DNA of 64,000 nucleotides from a bacterium UBP13_UBA5359 (lineage in GTDB: Bacteria > UBP13 > UBA5359), in the NCBI GenBank assembly GCA_002410925.1, contig DHPR01000012.1, forward strand, positions 20,643 to 84,642, written 5' to 3'. Both the position numbers and the translations under genes were made by a program. A model generated the notes under the pieces. That model had not been told where the DNA came from. It worked only from the letters and a program-made list of their open reading frames with translations, and ran no database searches. Below are positions 52,596 to 63,479 of this stretch, one piece after another. How positions within the stretch are numbered: the first letter of the stretch is position 1; the number at the start of each line of letters is the position of its first letter.

Positions 52596-55500
52596 TTATT
52601 TTTGTCCGGTTCCCGGCTTCAATTGATACACTTTGTAGCCATATCCCGGCAATTCCAAAGCTACACCCTGATTTTGGAGCAGGCTTCCATTTACAGACAA
52701 CTTCTTACCGGACAGCCTTTCAAGAAGATTTAAAGATATTTTGCCTTCCCATCCCAAAGCTTCCGTATTTACCTTAAATGTTGTTCGCTGCGACAATGCG
52801 CTTTCGGAATTGGCAAATACCAGCAAGGCCTCTGTTTCATTCCAATACACCGCAGCTTTGATAGATGGATTATCAGTCACAATAGCTCCCTGTCTTTTCC
52901 AATCATTAAAGTGAAGCTTGTTGAAATCGATACCCTTGAATGAACGGAACAGCTTCAGCCAGGGGCGTAATCTGGCCATTTTGTCCTCAAGATTGAACGG
53001 CCCTATATCCTCCGTTCTAACTATAGGGAATAAGCCGTTCAAAGCCAGCCTGCAAATAAAGGCATCAACATCTTTATCTGTACAGCGTATTCTCATCTTA
53101 CGGGGAAAAGCTCCGGCGTCAGCCTTGAAGCCCTCCTGAGGCAGCACCTGCCATGAAAAGACCGTATGTATATCGATGGCTCGCTGTGTATGCAGCGTAT
53201 GTAAGAAGCTCTCGGTCATTTGATCCAAATCAGGGACCCTGCCCTCGTTGCTATACCAGTAATTGAGCTCCTCTCCCACCCACAGGATATCGGCCAGGTT
53301 TTCCAGCATAATGGTAGGGTAATACCCTGTATGAGCCCAGACAAGGTCAAATTTCTTACGGGTCCATTCCATAAACTCCAGAACACCGCTGACATCAAGA
53401 TGTTCGTGTGCGGCATGTCGTGGATTCCAGCATGGACCACTCGGATAAACAAAGTCATAATAGACACCCTGCCAGCCGAAAAGATGATTCCAGTTCAGCA
53501 CCGTCTGCTGCCAGTAGTCATTGAAACTCTTAGCACTATGGCACATGTAATCGCCATAGGGATCCGGTTTAACCGGCAACTGTCGGCTCTGACCCATGCG
53601 CGCCCATTCCTCAACATGCTCCTTATACGCCGGTATCGTCGATCTCAGCAAACCTTTAGCGTAAAAAGGTACCACCTTTATACCGTATTTGTCGCCCCAG
53701 ACAGGCCATTGCATGGTGGTTTGAAAATAATCCCGGTCTTTGGGCGCCACCTCTTCCGGTTGCGGGGGAACTCCTCCCACTGCGCTTTTTGAATAGCCGC
53801 CATGATGAACTATATCAACGCCATTATCCGCCAGTTCCTTGAAAGCCTCTTCATTAAGCCATTTATACGTCGACATTACAGGTAAATGCTGCGGCGGCAG
53901 ATATCTGCCTATCATCGGCAAACCCAGATAATGTGAGTAATGCTTGGTGCCCGTTACAGTTGCAGGCTTATCCTTTCTGCAATAAGGCTCCACCAACAAA
54001 GAAGGTCCACCTGCCGTATTGCCTACCACGGCCCAATAACCATCATCATTATTGGCGGATATCTGATACCTCCATCCGTATGTATCGTCACCGGGCACAA
54101 AATCAATGCCTTCTCCACCCTGAGCAAACAAGGATATAAAACCGTATCCCAGTGTCTTTCCCTCCGTTATCGGTGAACCGGGAAAGACAGCACGTTTAAA
54201 AATGGCGACTACCGGCTTATAGCCACATCTATCCAGCAAGCTGTCAAAATCAAATTTGAGTACCCCTACTTTTTCTACCTTCTTTTCATCGTTAAAGTGA
54301 AAAAAGACTTTACGCTCAACGCAATGCGGCTTATATGTATATACCGCTTCATAACCAACACCGGAAGATTCACCCTTATCGGATTTTAACAAGCCCTTTA
54401 CCCGTATCTTCTCTTTGCCGGCTTCAAGAAGAGGGTTCTTCTCTTCCGTATTGGAATAAATTACACCATTTATTTGGACATATATGTTTTCCGGAGCGAC
54501 GAGAATATTCTTGCCGGACGCATATGGGAAACTGATGCCGGTAATGCCGCCGCCCGATATTTTCTCATGCTGCACCTTCCAAAATGGGCTCCGAACCTCA
54601 AAGCCTCCCGAAGTTGCAACTATCTTGATACCGCTGCCAGGCAACTCCTTATATGCAGTTTTTTTTACAGTCGCAGCCTTTACAGTCGAAAACATCCTCT
54701 CATACGCTGCAGTGATTCCAAATGCCTTGGTATTTTGTGCCACCAGCAGCAGACCGGCCGGTGGGAAGGAGTGTATCACCCCTTTTTGATCAACTTCACG
54801 GTAAAATACCGGTTCGTAGCTCAAATCGAAAGGTTCGCGATAATCCTTAATGCTTTTACGGTATGAGGACGCACTGAAGTCTCCCCGCAAGGATAAGATA
54901 ACCTTCTCCGTATTGGTAGGATAAAAAATTAACCTCGTGCCGGATTTAAAAGTACCCAAATGCTCTTCCATACCCAGACGTAACGGAATCTTCCCTATTC
55001 GGCTGATGCTTCTTCCATCCGGATATATTATCTCCATGCGACTGCCTACAAGCTCATAGGGTACGGATACATGTATGCCGCCGGGCTCGCTGCTTGAGCC
55101 CGAATTCTCCCAGCCAAACTCTACCCTGCTGTTATCTCCCCGTATTTGTGTAGTCCATGATGAAAAAAGTCTGCCCTTACCCGAAGCCTTAAAACCATTA
55201 TTATTCAGCGTTGTTTGCAATGACCAGGTATCATTTTCATAACCTGTATAGGACTGATAGCACTTACCTTCAAATCCTTCAATAGAGAACAGAGGGGTAT
55301 TTCCCAGTTCAAAGTAACCGGCTGCGTTATCCTGATTAACCCTCAAAGCAAAACATCCGGCTTTCAGCATATCAGAAGTGTTAAGCTCCTTGATGGTAAG
55401 CGTGAACCGGTCAGCCATGCCGAGAGAAAAAGTCAGTATCCTGCCGCCTGCCAGTGGTTGCACTCTGCTGATATCGATCTTGTTGCAAGGCTCCATCGAA

Positions 55501-56864
55501 AGTAATAATTTACGTCCCTGCCGCCAGAATGGAATAAGCACTCGCCCATCTTCGGCACTGCTTCCACCAACGAATTTCCGCCTTTGACCCTCTCTATTCT
55601 CGATATATATCGGAGTATCCTCATCCTCCAGCCAGCGCATCAGCTTAAGCGACACGGAGACAGGTTTCTTTTTCGCATCACCTGAAGGCAATCTCTCGTA
55701 GCTGATTCTGGTAATATTCTCAGCCTTCCCCTGATTTATCTCTACCTCTTTTCGCCATAAGCTATCCAGCTTACCGGAGGCAGCCAGCTTTATTGTTCCA
55801 TCCTGCGGCTGTAATATCATCAGCGGCAAAGCCAGCGGAACATTTGCTTTTGCCGGTGTACCAATAACAGGATCTTCCTGTTTTATGCCCTGTAATACCG
55901 ATAAGGAGCCATCACTCCAATCATATTTCCACTTTGCCCCTGATCGGACCTGAGCCTTCTCTCCCTCATTGAGGCTTATATACTCTATCAAAGGTTCTCT
56001 ATCATTAACTCGGTAATAGCGTATAACTCCGCTGCTTTTAGATATGCCGAAATTGGTCTCCGAGAATCTCACATTCGCATATGAATAGCTTCCTTCATTT
56101 TTTTCATCTTTGCGCTCCATAGCCGCTTCATTAATCAACGAATTCTTGCGACCATCATAAATTTTCATAATCTCTCCCGGCGCCAGCGCTCTTCTCCATA
56201 ACTTTACTTCACCTATAGCCCCATGAAACATCCTCCCGATAAATAGCGCTCCCGACCAATTAGCAATCCTGGTCAATTCGCTTTCTGCTTCCGGTTGCCC
56301 ATTGATATAAATCTTCCCGGTCTTACCATCCCAGGTAAAGACAGCATAATACCATTTGCCTCCTTCCCAAAGATTGGTTTTGGAAGTAACGGTTGAATAT
56401 TTTTGAGAATCTCCCGCAAGTAAAGCTAATCTACCGGTCTTCTCTCTAAAATTAAATGTATAACCTGAATTGTTGGCGAATCTGTTAACCAGATGCTGAA
56501 AACCCTGAAGATCCCTTCCTATAATAGCAGTGGGAGAGAACCAAACCTCCAGACTCATAGCATCCGTAAGAGAGTTCAGGCTTTCAGAGCTTTCCACCCT
56601 AACGCCCATGCCTCCCTCGAACTTTATTGTCTGCCCAAAACAACCTTTAGACCAGGCGCCGTCCAGTACCTTACCATCATTTCTATAAGATGATTTGTCG
56701 GCAAGAATGCTACCTTGCCCCTCATCAAATGCCCACCAGCCGACAATATCTTTATCCAGGTTCTGACACCTGCCGGTAGAGCTGAATACCGCTAAAACGG
56801 CGCCTATAAGCAATATGCCGATCAATGTCCTATAATGAGATCCATCAGTTTTGATCACTTTCAA
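52596..56864 (-). CDS. Large secreted LamG-domain plus TIM-barrel putative glycoside hydrolase
   Basis: Signal peptide; N-terminal LamG (WWAFDEGQG, WYYAVFTWDG, YING, GEVKLWRRAL); C-terminal GVYYD...CWNPRH...GEE. Confidence 0.7.
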   Translation of the reverse strand: MKVIKTDGSHYRTLIGILLIGAVLAVFSSTGRCQNLDKDIVGWWAFDEGQGSILADKSSYRNDGKVLDGAWSKGCFGQTIKFEGGMGVRVESSESLNSLTDAMSLEVWFSPTAIIGRDLQGFQHLVNRFANNSGYTFNFREKTGRLALLAGDSQKYSTVTSKTNLWEGGKWYYAVFTWDGKTGKIYINGQPEAESELTRIANWSGALFIGRMFHGAIGEVKLWRRALAPGEIMKIYDGRKNSLINEAAMERKDEKNEGSYSYANVRFSETNFGISKSSGVIRYYRVNDREPLIEYISLNEGEKAQVRSGAKWKYDWSDGSLSVLQGIKQEDPVIGTPAKANVPLALPLMILQPQDGTIKLAASGKLDSLWRKEVEINQGKAENITRISYERLPSGDAKKKPVSVSLKLMRWLEDEDTPIYIENREGQRRKFVGGSSAEDGRVLIPFWRQGRKLLLSMEPCNKIDISRVQPLAGGRILTFSLGMADRFTLTIKELNTSDMLKAGCFALRVNQDNAAGYFELGNTPLFSIEGFEGKCYQSYTGYENDTWSLQTTLNNNGFKASGKGRLFSSWTTQIRGDNSRVEFGWENSGSSSEPGGIHVSVPYELVGSRMEIIYPDGRSISRIGKIPLRLGMEEHLGTFKSGTRLIFYPTNTEKVILSLRGDFSASSYRKSIKDYREPFDLSYEPVFYREVDQKGVIHSFPPAGLLLVAQNTKAFGITAAYERMFSTVKAATVKKTAYKELPGSGIKIVATSGGFEVRSPFWKVQHEKISGGGITGISFPYASGKNILVAPENIYVQINGVIYSNTEEKNPLLEAGKEKIRVKGLLKSDKGESSGVGYEAVYTYKPHCVERKVFFHFNDEKKVEKVGVLKFDFDSLLDRCGYKPVVAIFKRAVFPGSPITEGKTLGYGFISLFAQGGEGIDFVPGDDTYGWRYQISANNDDGYWAVVGNTAGGPSLLVEPYCRKDKPATVTGTKHYSHYLGLPMIGRYLPPQHLPVMSTYKWLNEEAFKELADNGVDIVHHGGYSKSAVGGVPPQPEEVAPKDRDYFQTTMQWPVWGDKYGIKVVPFYAKGLLRSTIPAYKEHVEEWARMGQSRQLPVKPDPYGDYMCHSAKSFNDYWQQTVLNWNHLFGWQGVYYDFVYPSGPCWNPRHAAHEHLDVSGVLEFMEWTRKKFDLVWAHTGYYPTIMLENLADILWVGEELNYWYSNEGRVPDLDQMTESFLHTLHTQRAIDIHTVFSWQVLPQEGFKADAGAFPRKMRIRCTDKDVDAFICRLALNGLFPIVRTEDIGPFNLEDKMARLRPWLKLFRSFKGIDFNKLHFNDWKRQGAIVTDNPSIKAAVYWNETEALLVFANSESALSQRTTFKVNTEALGWEGKISLNLLERLSGKKLSVNGSLLQNQGVALELPGYGYKVYQLKPGTGQK

Positions 56865-56953
56865 TCACCCCGTAATTTGATATTATATTTATATTTCCCA
56901 CTATCCCTGCAATCATCTGCATAAAAACAATACCGTTCCTGCTACACGCCGTT

Positions 56954-58186
56954 TTAAAGTCGTAAGCTTACGCCCCGTTCATGGAGCAATCCGGATAGAA
57001 CTGTCACTGCTACGGTAAAAACAAGGGACATAAAAATCCCATTCAGCACTCCGCCGGGATAGCCGCCGATACCGAGTATTGCAAACAAGGGTTGTATGCA
57101 TAAAGGAGGTAAAATATACGCCAGCATAGGATTTTTACCCACCGACAGAAGCAATTTCCATTTTCCCATCGATACCTTTATTTCCAGCAAGAACAAAAGG
57201 ACAAAGATCACACAACAGATCGAACTGCTGTATAAAAGCCATGTAGGCGTAGAGTCGGTTTTAGATATACCGTAAGGCTGCAGGATGCTTCCTAATATGA
57301 GCAGCCCTGCAGCAAAAAGCAATACTGCCGAGATCCTTTTTGGAATGTTTGTCAAAGATGATTTGCTGAACATCATCATGGAAACGATAGCACCGGCAAT
57401 AGAAGCCGTAGCTGGAGCTGCTATATGGCGCCCGAGATAAATGTAAACCGCCCCCGGAATAATGTCCAACCTTGGGATCATGCCTCGCTGTTCACATACC
57501 TTAATCAGGATAAAGAGCCCAAGTATGCCTGACATAGCAACGACTTGTTTTCCCTTCAGTCTTTTACACAACAGATAGGCGGCGCATGTAAAAAGATATG
57601 CCCAGCCGATCAACCCGAGAATACCCCACCAGGCTGTTCTCAGCCAAATGGTATTTCCATCCGCATTACCTCTAAAAATTACCGCTAGGAAAACCAGTAT
57701 TCCGATTCCTGACAGATGAGACACCGTAGCAAGCCACGCTTTATCCCGGACATACGGATATTGGTTCCAGATCAGCATAACACCGGCAAACAGAAGAAGC
57801 TTCCAGACATCACTGCTCATACCCGTTGCCGCAGGCTGTATATCGGATGCATTCATCATATACACACCAACGACCAGCAGGCTGAAGCTTCGAGTAAGTA
57901 TCCTGCTCCATATCGCAGCACGTGGAAGCCCTTCTGACAAACGCTTATCAATTACTACGGGAACAACCATGCCGACTATAAACAGAAAAGCGGGAAACAC
58001 TACATCGACAAACGTCATACCGTTCACATTGCCGGGCATATGCTTCATCCACCACGGCACTCCGTCAATGCGAGCAACATCATTGACAAAGATCATAATG
58101 AATATAGTCAGGCCTCTGAATATATCTATTAAGTTAATGTGGTCGGCATAGGGCAACCGCTCCACGGCCTGGTCAGTCTTGCTCAT
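56954..58186 (-). CDS. DUF5009/NagX-like membrane acyltransferase (HGSNAT family)
   Basis: [53 protein letters not shown]; multiple transmembrane segments. Confidence 0.88.
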   Translation of the reverse strand: MSKTDQAVERLPYADHINLIDIFRGLTIFIMIFVNDVARIDGVPWWMKHMPGNVNGMTFVDVVFPAFLFIVGMVVPVVIDKRLSEGLPRAAIWSRILTRSFSLLVVGVYMMNASDIQPAATGMSSDVWKLLLFAGVMLIWNQYPYVRDKAWLATVSHLSGIGILVFLAVIFRGNADGNTIWLRTAWWGILGLIGWAYLFTCAAYLLCKRLKGKQVVAMSGILGLFILIKVCEQRGMIPRLDIIPGAVYIYLGRHIAAPATASIAGAIVSMMMFSKSSLTNIPKRISAVLLFAAGLLILGSILQPYGISKTDSTPTWLLYSSSICCVIFVLLFLLEIKVSMGKWKLLLSVGKNPMLAYILPPLCIQPLFAILGIGGYPGGVLNGIFMSLVFTVAVTVLSGLLHERGVSLRL

Positions 58187-58959
58187 TTGGCATCATACCT
58201 GAATATATTGCTGAGATTGTCGCCAACCACCGCGCGCGTCCAGTTCACGTGCCCGTCGCAGTAAAGTACATTCAGCCCGTTTGAATGTGCGCTGCGTAAA
58301 AATCTGTTATTCTGCCAGTCCTCACCCACAACACCAACTTTGGCCGTAGCATAATTGAAAGTAGCTCTGGCTTCTGTTAGGAGGCCGGTCGAAGCCGGAT
58401 TAATGATATTCCGGGTGTCTATCAAGCTGCTACTGGGTTCAGGGAACAAGGGCCAGAAGAGTTGACATATGCCGTAATCGCCAATCACTCTCTCTCCACC
58501 GCTACCGGTAAAGGGATCCAGCGACGGGCAATCATATACTGTATTGACGTATCTAGGGTTGGCAGAAGCATTATATTTGCCTTTGGCGCCGCTATATACG
58601 GCTATAATGTCCTGCCAGTAATAATTGACACCCTGCACTCCCGCCGTATTGCTGGGTATCGGAAACATCTCGTCAAAATCCTGAGCATACATCAGGAATG
58701 CACTGCCGAGCTGTTTAAGATTGCTTATGCAGGTAGCCTGCCTGGCTTTCTCTCTGGCCCTACCGAAGACAGGAAACAATATGGCAGCCAGCAACGCTAT
58801 GATTGATATTACAACTAAAAGTTCAATTAAAGTAAAGCCATATTTACATTCTGAGCTGAAGCAGCTCCGCTTCAGTCGACTCCCGCACATCGGAACAACG
58901 TCTGCACCTTGCCTCTTACCCTTTTGAAAAACATACATTTTATCTCCCTCTTTCAACAT
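58183..58959 (-). CDS. Prepilin-type N-terminal cleavage protein with DUF1559 and H-X9-DG motif
   Basis: [68 protein letters not shown] coupling to the downstream gene. Confidence 0.92.
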   Translation of the reverse strand: MLKEGDKMYVFQKGKRQGADVVPMCGSRLKRSCFSSECKYGFTLIELLVVISIIALLAAILFPVFGRAREKARQATCISNLKQLGSAFLMYAQDFDEMFPIPSNTAGVQGVNYYWQDIIAVYSGAKGKYNASANPRYVNTVYDCPSLDPFTGSGGERVIGDYGICQLFWPLFPEPSSSLIDTRNIINPASTGLLTEARATFNYATAKVGVVGEDWQNNRFLRSAHSNGLNVLYCDGHVNWTRAVVGDNLSNIFRYDAK

Positions 58960-58982
58960 TTAATTGAGATAAAATTCCCTCT

Positions 58983-60047
58983 TTAAAGCCTCTTTCTATC
59001 ATTGATAAGGCTATCTTTCCGGCATTTTGCACCACAAGATGCGCGGATAATCAATTTAGGTTCAAGAATAGTGTAACAGGGCTCAGGCTTCTTTCCCGCC
59101 ATCAAACTCATGAACATTTTGGCAGCAAGTTGCCCCATATCATACGCAGAAATGGAGACGCTGGTAAGCGGTGGTCGGCTTATAGCAGCAAATTGAAGAT
59201 CATTGAACCCTACTACGGCGATATCTTCGGGAACACGCAATCCGGCATCCTCTATAGCAGCAATTGCTCCTAAAGCCATGGTATCATCAGCACATATTAT
59301 GGCCGTGGGGCGATTATTACGATCAATAGTTTGCCTGGCAATCTTTAATGCATCTTCCCAGGAATAGTTACCTTTGATCACATAATCTTCATCAAAAGCC
59401 AGCCCTGCTTCATCCAGCGCCCGCTTATATCCCTTGAGCTTCTCATAATCCACAAGAAGCTCCATCGAACCGTTAATAAAGGCTATCTTCCTATGGCCGA
59501 TTTGCATAAGGTGGCGGGTTGCGGCATACATACCGGCTTCATAATCAGTGTACAAATAGCAGATATCATCATCCAGGTTTTGCGGTACGGAATTTAGAAG
59601 CATAAATGGAATATGCAGTTTTTTTAATCTCTTTAGATCTTCATGACTCAAATCCACACCGAAAACAATCAGGCCCTTGATAAAGTTCTTTTTCACACTG
59701 TTGACATCAGGCAAGCAACTGCCGGATACTCCAGAAGATGTATTAGCGCTGGCAACTTGGATATTACAGTTGTATTGCCACAATACCTCCTGCACACCTC
59801 TCAGCGTCTCATAGAAAAAAGGATACGTCAGTCTCTTGTAATTGTATACCAGAAATTGAATATTGCTTACTCTGCGAGCAATAAACCTCCTGGTAGCTTC
59901 GCCGCTGTTATAACCCTTCTCTTCAGCAAGCTGAAGCACCCTGGCCCTGGTATCTTCGTCAACCCGAGGCAAATCATTTAAAGCTCTCCAGACCGTAGTT
60001 CTGGATACTCCCAATTCCATAGCAATCTCTCTTATGCTTGTAGCCAC
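58983..60047 (-). CDS. LacI-family transcriptional regulator
   Basis: SIREIAMELGVSRTTVWRALN, HLMQIGH, VPEDIAVVGFND, PPLTS. Confidence 0.95.
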   Translation of the reverse strand: MATSIREIAMELGVSRTTVWRALNDLPRVDEDTRARVLQLAEEKGYNSGEATRRFIARRVSNIQFLVYNYKRLTYPFFYETLRGVQEVLWQYNCNIQVASANTSSGVSGSCLPDVNSVKKNFIKGLIVFGVDLSHEDLKRLKKLHIPFMLLNSVPQNLDDDICYLYTDYEAGMYAATRHLMQIGHRKIAFINGSMELLVDYEKLKGYKRALDEAGLAFDEDYVIKGNYSWEDALKIARQTIDRNNRPTAIICADDTMALGAIAAIEDAGLRVPEDIAVVGFNDLQFAAISRPPLTSVSISAYDMGQLAAKMFMSLMAGKKPEPCYTILEPKLIIRASCGAKCRKDSLINDRKRL

Positions 60048-60075
60048 TTATCTATGATCCTTTCGGGCCGATAAT

Positions 60076-60097
60076 ATGTGTGTGACGTCACGCACAT
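60076..60097. promoter_or_regulatory. Putative LacI operator
   Basis: Near-perfect 22-bp palindrome ATGTGTGTGACGTCACGCACAT with central CG, just downstream of the promoter. Confidence 0.75.
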
Positions 60098-60107
60098 TCT
60101 TAATCCA

Positions 60108-60135
60108 AGTATACACCCGTAAAGCTACTTGTCAA
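60108..60135 (-). promoter_or_regulatory. sigma70 promoter of the LacI/prepilin glycan operon
   Basis: TTGACA-N16-TATACT. Confidence 0.7.
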
Positions 60136-60457
60136 CCCCTCGAATTACCTCACTGAAAATCTACTCGAAATAGCATCGATGCTCATGGGAATTTCTGCTA
60201 TGGCAGAAAGCTCCGCCAAATCCAGCGCAAAATCAATCAGCTCACGCTAACGGCAGCCAAAGCAAGCTTCCGTCTTTGTTGGACTTCTTCGCCCAAAGGC
60301 TTTGCGCCGTTCGGGAGAGTTGTTTTAACATATGCCGACTAACCTTTACATTCATCTGATTTTGGGCGAGAATTTCTACAAAGGGATATTTTCATAATCT
60401 CATCAACGATTCGGTCGAACCGTTTGGATAATTTATCAGGAGCCCTGGCGCAAATAA

Positions 60458-61113
60458 TTACGCCTCGGGTGTTTCCTCATTCTGTCCTTGGATAAGGGAG
60501 ATGCAATACCTGAGATTCTCAAGCGCAAGCTCATCCTTCGGGTCCATTTCGACCGCTCTCTCCAGGGCTTCTCTTGCTTCGGTCAAATCTCCTCTTTCCA
60601 GAAGGCACCACCCGAGGTCATTCACACAGTCCTGGTTCTCCGGCTCCAGCTCAAGAGCCTGTTGAGCGGCTTGAACTGCCTCATCGTGCAAACCTTCGTG
60701 ACCGGCGCAGCATAGCAATCCTTGATACAATGCGACGGCATGGGGGAAAATAGAGATCGCCCTTCGGTAGAGTTCGAGGCCATCGGCATATTCCTTAATT
60801 CTAATGAGAAAGCTGCCGGCTTCGTCGATAATCTCACAAAGCATCTCAGTTTCCGCAGGAAGATCAAAAAGGGCAAAGAAGAGTTTCTTCCCTTCCAATT
60901 TCCTTTCACGCTGATATTCAACTGAGCCCAGGCTCATAATTGCAGAGGCATAGGTTGGCATCAATTCAAAAGCATGCTTGAGACTGGCAATAGATTCTTT
61001 AAAATTACCAAGTGCCGATTCAAACATGCTGTCCGCGTATGCAGCCTCTGCACAAAACTGCGTCCAGTCTTCATGCCCTTCCTGGTTTCTTTTTCTGGCC
61101 ACGATACACTTCA
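60458..61113 (-). CDS. Tetratricopeptide repeat protein
   Basis: A....LG...A.....A repeats (NDLGWCLLERGDLTEAREALERAVEMDP). The start lies downstream of the promoter at 61143-61171. Confidence 0.85.
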
Positions 61114-61142
61114 CCTGTGATGATTTTCCGGAAACTGCGAAA

Positions 61143-61171
61143 ATAATAGCACGGTAGGCCGGGCAAGTCAA
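61143..61171 (-). promoter_or_regulatory. sigma70 promoter of the TPR gene
   Basis: TTGACT-N17-TATTAT with TGn extension. Confidence 0.6.
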
Positions 61172-61317
61172 ACGCTTGGTAGGTCGGCAAGTCAAGTCAA
61201 GTCAAAGACACGACGCGTATCAAATTTCCAAGACTGATTTAAAAGCTTACAATTTACTCAATAGCCTTTTAATATTGATATTCCATAGGAAAAACGGAAT
61301 GAAAGATGAAAAGAGCT

Positions 61318-62529
61318 TCACTGTTCGGTTCTATAAGCTCTGGGAGAACGACCGAATTCTTTTTTAAAAACCCTTATGAAATGGTGCTGCCCGCTGAAGC
61401 CGGCGGCAATGGCTATCTCTGTAAGATTAAGCCCTCCGCCGTGCATCAGCTTCAGGGCACGATCCAACCGCTCATGGTTAGCAAAATCGCTGAAGGTCAT
61501 CCCTACTTCACGATGAAATCGCTTACTCAGGTAAGTATAGCTCTGATTTGTGGATGCAGCCAGCCTTTTCAAAGTGATTTCAGCTAATTCTTCTGAGGAT
61601 AATTCTTTCAAAAGCTGTTGCAGCGGCTTTTGTCGTCCTCTCCCGGCAGCTACACCTCGTGCGGTATCTTCCGCTGCGCCTTTCATCAAATCTGCCAGAG
61701 AACCGATATCGTAAATCCGAAATATCTTGCCTGCAACTCCAGCCAGGAGCGTAAAAGCAGTCCTCTCCGGCATCCCCGATTCTATAGCTGTACGAGAGAG
61801 TATTACAGCCAATTCCTGCAAACGGACACGGATATAGAGCAGGTAGCCGATGTATTCCATTACAATAGCTTCCATAAGTGTCTGCATGTGCAAACGTGCA
61901 TCCGTCGGAAGACCTCCGGCAACAGCCCTTTTCAGCCGCTGCTCCAGGACGATTATCGAATCTGCCTTCCGATACTTTCCGCTCTCTTCAAAGCAATAAA
62001 CACGTCCGGGTCCTTCAAAGATTTTCTGTCTGAGCGCAGATAGCGCTCTGCATGATTGATCATGCCACTCCAACGGGCTGCCGGGCGAGCAGAGTATTCC
62101 GACTCCCGCCGTTAAAGGTAAAGAATGCCTTTCCCGGCTCAAATTAATAATCCTCTGGGCTATAACTTCCGCCTGCTTCTGTGTTTGTAAGTCGTTTTTT
62201 AACACAGCATTAATATAGGCGTGATTTCGCTGGGATATGTGAAAAAAGTGAGTATAGCCCTCCATAACCTCTTCAGCAATGCAGCGCAAATTATGCATAG
62301 CCGCTTCTCTGGCAAAGCTGTCGTACTCTTCATAATCATCAACGGAGAATACCATTATCAACGTGGGTATCTCCGTCAGGTTCATAAGCTCCAGCAAGGT
62401 TGAAAAAGCTGATACCGCATCCTCCGGACTGTCAAAAAGAAAGTTCTCCCATAAAGATTGCAGAGCCAGCTGCCGGCTCTCCCCGATTGTATTCCGGCTG
62501 AAAGTAAGGAGCTTCATAATAGAAATCAT
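61318..62529 (-). CDS. AraC-family regulator (YesN/PocR-like central domain)
   Basis: C-terminal YLSKRF...LTEIAIAAGFSGQHHFIRVFKKEFGRSPRAYR. Confidence 0.88.
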   Translation of the reverse strand: MISIMKLLTFSRNTIGESRQLALQSLWENFLFDSPEDAVSAFSTLLELMNLTEIPTLIMVFSVDDYEEYDSFAREAAMHNLRCIAEEVMEGYTHFFHISQRNHAYINAVLKNDLQTQKQAEVIAQRIINLSRERHSLPLTAGVGILCSPGSPLEWHDQSCRALSALRQKIFEGPGRVYCFEESGKYRKADSIIVLEQRLKRAVAGGLPTDARLHMQTLMEAIVMEYIGYLLYIRVRLQELAVILSRTAIESGMPERTAFTLLAGVAGKIFRIYDIGSLADLMKGAAEDTARGVAAGRGRQKPLQQLLKELSSEELAEITLKRLAASTNQSYTYLSKRFHREVGMTFSDFANHERLDRALKLMHGGGLNLTEIAIAAGFSGQHHFIRVFKKEFGRSPRAYRTEQ

Positions 62530-62573
62530 ACTCTTTGCAAAATAATTATAACGCCCCCGCTGCTAAGCTGCCT

Positions 62574-63455
62574 TCAGCTCTCCTGCAGAGCTCTTCTTAC
62601 CATCAGAGGGTCATTATCTATAGCTGCCATTGCCTGGTCAAGATTCATTCCTCGCATATGCATGACTATAGCCGCTGCCGGCAAATTACCAGCCTGCTCA
62701 AGCAATTTTTCAGCAACTGCTGCCTCTACCTGCAGTAACTGGCTCAGTATAGCAACGGCTCTTGAGAACAGCTTCCTATTGGTAGGACGCATAAACACCA
62801 TCTCGTTGGCCACTACCCGTCCCATTTTTATCATAGAAACGGTACTGATCATATTCAATACCAGCTTGGCTGCCGTACCGGCCTTGAGTCTGGTGGAGCC
62901 GCGCACTATCTCTGATCCCGTATCAACAACGATCAAGCAATCTCCCTGAAAATCCTCTACCGGATTGCTGCTGACCAGGACTGTGGAAGCTCCCGCCATG
63001 CCGGCTCGCTCCAGGGCGCCTCTTACAAAAGGAGTTCCCCCATTAGCAGTAACACCGATAACCGTATCCCTACCGCATACCTCTCTTACGGATATCTCTT
63101 CAGCCCCGGCTTGGCGGCTGTCCTCACTTATTTCGCTGGGACTAACTATAGCTTGTATTCCACCGGCCATAACAGCGCTCACACTATCGACTCCAAAGGT
63201 AGGCCCTGTTTCTGCTGCATCTGCTACAGCAATCCTCCCGCTGGTACCGGCTCCCACGTAGATCAGCCTGCCGCCATCTTTCAGGGAAGCGGTAACAAGC
63301 TTTATTGCCAGGTTGATATCTTCCAAAATCTCTTTGATTTTTTGCGGCACCTGGGCATCGAGTCCGTTCATAATGCTCAGTATTTCCATGGTATCCAGAT
63401 TATCAAGAAATGGAATACCATCGCTCCTTCTTTCCGTAGATTTCATTTTATCCAC
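62574..63455 (-). CDS. murQ: N-acetylmuramic acid 6-phosphate etherase
   Basis: STERR, GGRLIYVGAGTSGR, DAAETGPTFG, GSTRLKAGTAAKLVLNMIST, TNRKL. Confidence 0.93.
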   Translation of the reverse strand: MDKMKSTERRSDGIPFLDNLDTMEILSIMNGLDAQVPQKIKEILEDINLAIKLVTASLKDGGRLIYVGAGTSGRIAVADAAETGPTFGVDSVSAVMAGGIQAIVSPSEISEDSRQAGAEEISVREVCGRDTVIGVTANGGTPFVRGALERAGMAGASTVLVSSNPVEDFQGDCLIVVDTGSEIVRGSTRLKAGTAAKLVLNMISTVSMIKMGRVVANEMVFMRPTNRKLFSRAVAILSQLLQVEAAVAEKLLEQAGNLPAAAIVMHMRGMNLDQAMAAIDNDPLMVRRALQES

Positions 63456-63479
63456 TCTTACACCTTTTACTCTATACTG

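Noticed and set aside
60335..60457. Integron attC site after the TPR gene
   Set aside because: Only a possible right half (CAGATGAA...GTTAG) is present, with no complementary left half and no integrase in the window.
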